A DNA stretch of 64,000 bases, from positions 5,606,137 to 5,670,136 of the forward strand of contig CM082595.2 of assembly GCA_040954595.2 (NCBI GenBank). Reading direction: 5' to 3'. The notes under the pieces were generated by a model, which saw nothing but the letters and a program-made list of their open reading frames with translations, did no database searches and was not told the DNA's origin. Shown one piece after another: positions 60,260 through 64,000 of this stretch. Positions within the stretch are counted from its first letter, which is position 1, and the number at the start of each line of letters is the position of its first letter. The position numbers and the translations under genes were made by a program. Source of the stretch: Balanoglossus misakiensis (taxonomy: Eukaryota > Animalia > Hemichordata).

Positions 60260-63200
60260 CTAATCAAAGGAAGTTTGTTTTCTGATCCATTAAAATAACG
60301 ACCAATAGCATACACAGCATCAATAACATTTTAACGAAATCTCATGATAGACTACGTGGAGGGATTGACGAAATGGGAAAAGCAGAGACACTAAGAATTT
60401 TTTAGGTATGTATTACGAATTTCGGAGAGACGTGTTCCCGTTGGTCTTCCTTGAAATAAACCAAAGCAGTTTGCTCTGTTCTCACCTACTTTTCCATAAA
60501 ATACATGTGGTCAAATGGACACGCTATCCTTGGCAACTAACTTGCAAGGCTCGAAGCTCGCACACAGACCTACGCTCTTTTAATTACCCTGGGAATACCT
60601 CTGCGATCTAATGACTCCCAAATGTATTTGGATGCAACGATGCACATCTGCAGATAATTATACTTAATACTGGTAATCGCTCTTCCTAGTCCAGGTAACT
60701 GATAGCAGTCGGCTGTCTGTGTGTCTCAAAAGACTGCAGATATTAAAACGTCCGTCGTCACCGATTGTCACATTCTCGCGATGGCATGACATCAAACTGC
60801 TAACGTTAACAGTACACGAATGATCCAATGAAATGTATATCCATGCGTTTGTCCCTAAATGAATCTACCTGTCCTATATTCAGAATACATCTTCGTGACC
60901 TTAATTTACAATCCAACAGTTAATGGTAAAAAGTACAACGGAACGATATTCTCTCATTCTGCAGATATGGTAGTTTAAAAATTATGTAACGCGATATTCA
61001 AGCTTTTACGCAGCATGTATAATTGAGGTTAAGATTTTGATAGTGAAAATGGCCTCCATCAAAAGAACAACCATTAACCACATCCTCTTTCGTTTTACAT
61101 TACGGTTCATCATGAGCTAATTTTTGGACATATATCATGTGACATATTAATGTCTCAATCATTGTTAACAGTAGATATACAGACACACAGTCAGATCACC
61201 TGTTTTACTAACTTATAAATCACGGCTACTATAGACATAAGCTTGTTTCTACACTCAAACTTTTTCCGGCAGGTGTGATGTGCTTCTAGATATATATCTT
61301 TCTGGCAAATTTTTACTGATGGCAACGGTATCATTTGATTTGGGGTTAGATTATAACACAATTCTACGGAGCTCATCAAAATCACCATGCATCGCCATAG
61401 CAAATTTGGCATGAATGAGTACCCTATCCAGAATCGATGATTCAGATTGGTTGATTGTTCAAATGGAAATTGATGGTGAAAGTAATAGGGTTTGGCGATT
61501 TCCCTCCTAATGGAAGAGAAATGATATCACGATAAATGCAGTACGAACAGTCAATGCAATGATGACATCACTTAAACAGGCGAGGCGATGACACGTCATC
61601 TCTTAATGAGAAAAAGAAACTCTGAACAGTTCTCGTAAATTGTCTTGAAGATAAGGCCAACGCCCATTGAAGGAGAAGAATGCCCCTCAAGGAGTCTTCA
61701 ACTATAATAGATTTCTTCTTAAAATACAATTATGTCTCCATCAAAATTTTCATCATGAAGAAAAACCCCATGTGGATAATATAATATTATATGATTATTG
61801 ATAACCTACCCAACGTTTATACACAATCGTGGCAAAGGAAGTAACGTTAACCGGAAATGTCACGGTTTCTCGATTTGTTTTACAAGTGATGTTTGCAATA
61901 ATTGTGCATCTATCATGTTTTTCTGTTTGACAATACCCAATTTACAGAACGCTAAATTGCAATTCGTCTTTTTTATGGCATGGAAACATAGTTTCAAGGC
62001 ACGACTTCAAATGTTGTTTAAAATAGGTTTTATCATTGTTGTACTTGTGAGGGTTAATCTTGACAATCTTTCGAACAAGCTGCAATCAGCCTCTCTTTTG
62101 TGTTGTCAAACAATTTCAACTGGATTTGCAATGTGTGCCTCGACTGATAGAATTGGCGTCAGAAGATGGTTGTCTGTATTCTTTTTTAGATCACCCAATG
62201 TGATGTAAAATGTTCGCGATGGCCGTGGTATTACATCTGGAATTATACCTCCAGGCAGACACACGCATGATCTGCTCGTCTAATCGAACAGTCACAAGTC
62301 GAAAAGCTTGGGGGGTTTTGCACGGTACGATTACTGACGGTCCACACTACTGTTTCTTGACAGGCAATTGTGACTGTGTTTTCGAAGGTGGGCGGCTTGT
62401 TCAATCTGGCCACAACGAGAAATTCAATCAAACACGTCATGTTCCATTACGCCTACCACTGGTTTTGGAGCTCGCACAGAGAGAAAATAATGATGACGTT
62501 GCTTTAATACGCATGGGGATATCATAGGAAAGATGCAGAACGTATTTCAATCGAAAATAGTAACCACAGAACACGAAATATCACTAATATTTTTTTCGTA
62601 AGCCTGCCTTAATAAATCATCTGTTTATTTCTATGCCACCATATGGGACACTGGTAAACCATATTCACGTTCTGTTCCTTTATCGTACAGATCCTCTTTT
62701 GCACGAAGTGTTATAGCAGTTGACGCTCTCCTTCGTATAGATAATATACAAAACAGTAGTTTTCTGAAGGGGGGGGGGGGGGTCTCATAGGGGATTAAAA
62801 TGTACTACTGTAGAAAGGAAGGTCATCCAAATGTCAGATATGCTAATCCCACGGCAACAAAAAGTAATTTGTTTCATTTCGTCTGCTTTTCCAATTTTGC
62901 CTGTGGAGATAATGATCGTTAATGTATGTCTAATTTAGATGCAGATACGTGGGCAAAATCATTTAGGGCCTAATTAATATTCAGCTTTGATGCATTATTG
63001 TATGGCAAGACGGTGTTTAATCCACAATTTGAGAAACAAACTTCCTGATCTACTTGTATCTTGTTAGTTTCGTCATTCAATTCTGTCGATATTAAATGGC
63101 GTATGATTTTTGACAAGATTACGTCATCGACGTTGTACTTTTGAATTAAAAAGAATTACAATACACCAAGCAGCATTGATCAACATATGTATTGACATAT

Positions 63201-64000
63201 TGTATGTCTCTCCCTAAGATGAGAATCACAGGATGACAGGAAAGAAAAGTCATTCGCAATATTTCACTCATGTCCGTCAAATGCGCATATGAAAGAAGTA
63301 CTTATATGTATTTGTCGACTACAAACAGAGCAAGCTGACATTTTCAACGCAATATGTGATTAGCGCTTGTCAGGGAAAGTAAAATATCGAACACCGACAA
63401 GTCAATATATGTCCCGTGTTGACAGAGTAATATGCTTTGACATCCGGGGAGTTGTACCATCTGTCGTTTCTGTCATATCAATCAAAATACACGTTTCCCA
63501 TTCTGATAGCTTTTATATGGAATTGATAACAATGATTTCGCAGAATTGATTGACATATGTTCTGACTGATTTTTGCTACATTGGGAGGATGACGTTACAA
63601 GGTCTACGCAATTCAAACTTTACAAAGGATTGAATATCGTTTAACTGTATTAATGTTTGTTCTATCTCCTATACATACAATTACTTGGGAATGAAATTAA
63701 AATGTCAGAGGTCTCTCCTCTGGGAATTCTACCAAACTTTACATGATATCAAATTTCTGAAACCTGATTTTGACCTGTAAACTTCGGTATAATTAATTTT
63801 GAACTGAGTGAATTATTTTTACTGTGAATCCACACTCGTGAAAGTCTGGATGTGTTATGGCCTTCACACTCTTTAAAAGTAGGTCGGTGAATGGCAGACC
63901 AATACAAAAGACTATTCACACCTTTCGCGTTATTGAAGGTTATACTGTTAAAATGTTTCAGTCTATATGATCTAGAAGGGCGATAAGTACCTTGTATTTG

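Overview
This is eukaryotic (metazoan) genomic DNA. It is AT-rich, has GT-AG introns, and its gene content and repeat types suggest a marine invertebrate, possibly a deuterostome such as a hemichordate; that taxon is an inference. Five protein-coding genes can be reconstructed by hand. (1) A minus-strand kinase-less Roco GTPase (ankyrin repeats, LRR, ROC, COR, and a TORNADO1/bacterial-type C-terminal domain), ATG at 8753, with ten single-exon ANK repeats, one 3.2-kb exon and probably further 3' exons. (2) TMEM222 (minus). (3) A TCF19-like FHA/AT-hook/PHD gene (plus), head-to-head with TMEM222 across a promoter carrying a CDE/CHR-type element. (4) An intronless SLC35G/EamA transporter. (5) An intronless 5-HT6-like GPCR in which the amine-anchoring Asp3.32 is Asn. 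Positions 25.7-37.7 kb form a repeat-dense block with long foldbacks, a 42/45-bp minisatellite and a 5-kb 87-bp hairpin-bearing satellite, apparently crossed by a spliced minus-strand non-coding or pseudogene-like unit. Several MITE families (Harbinger-, Kolobok-, piggyBac- and Tc1/mariner-like) and microsatellites are present. No convincing coding exon was found in 47-64 kb. All gene models are manual and not confirmed by transcripts or database searches.
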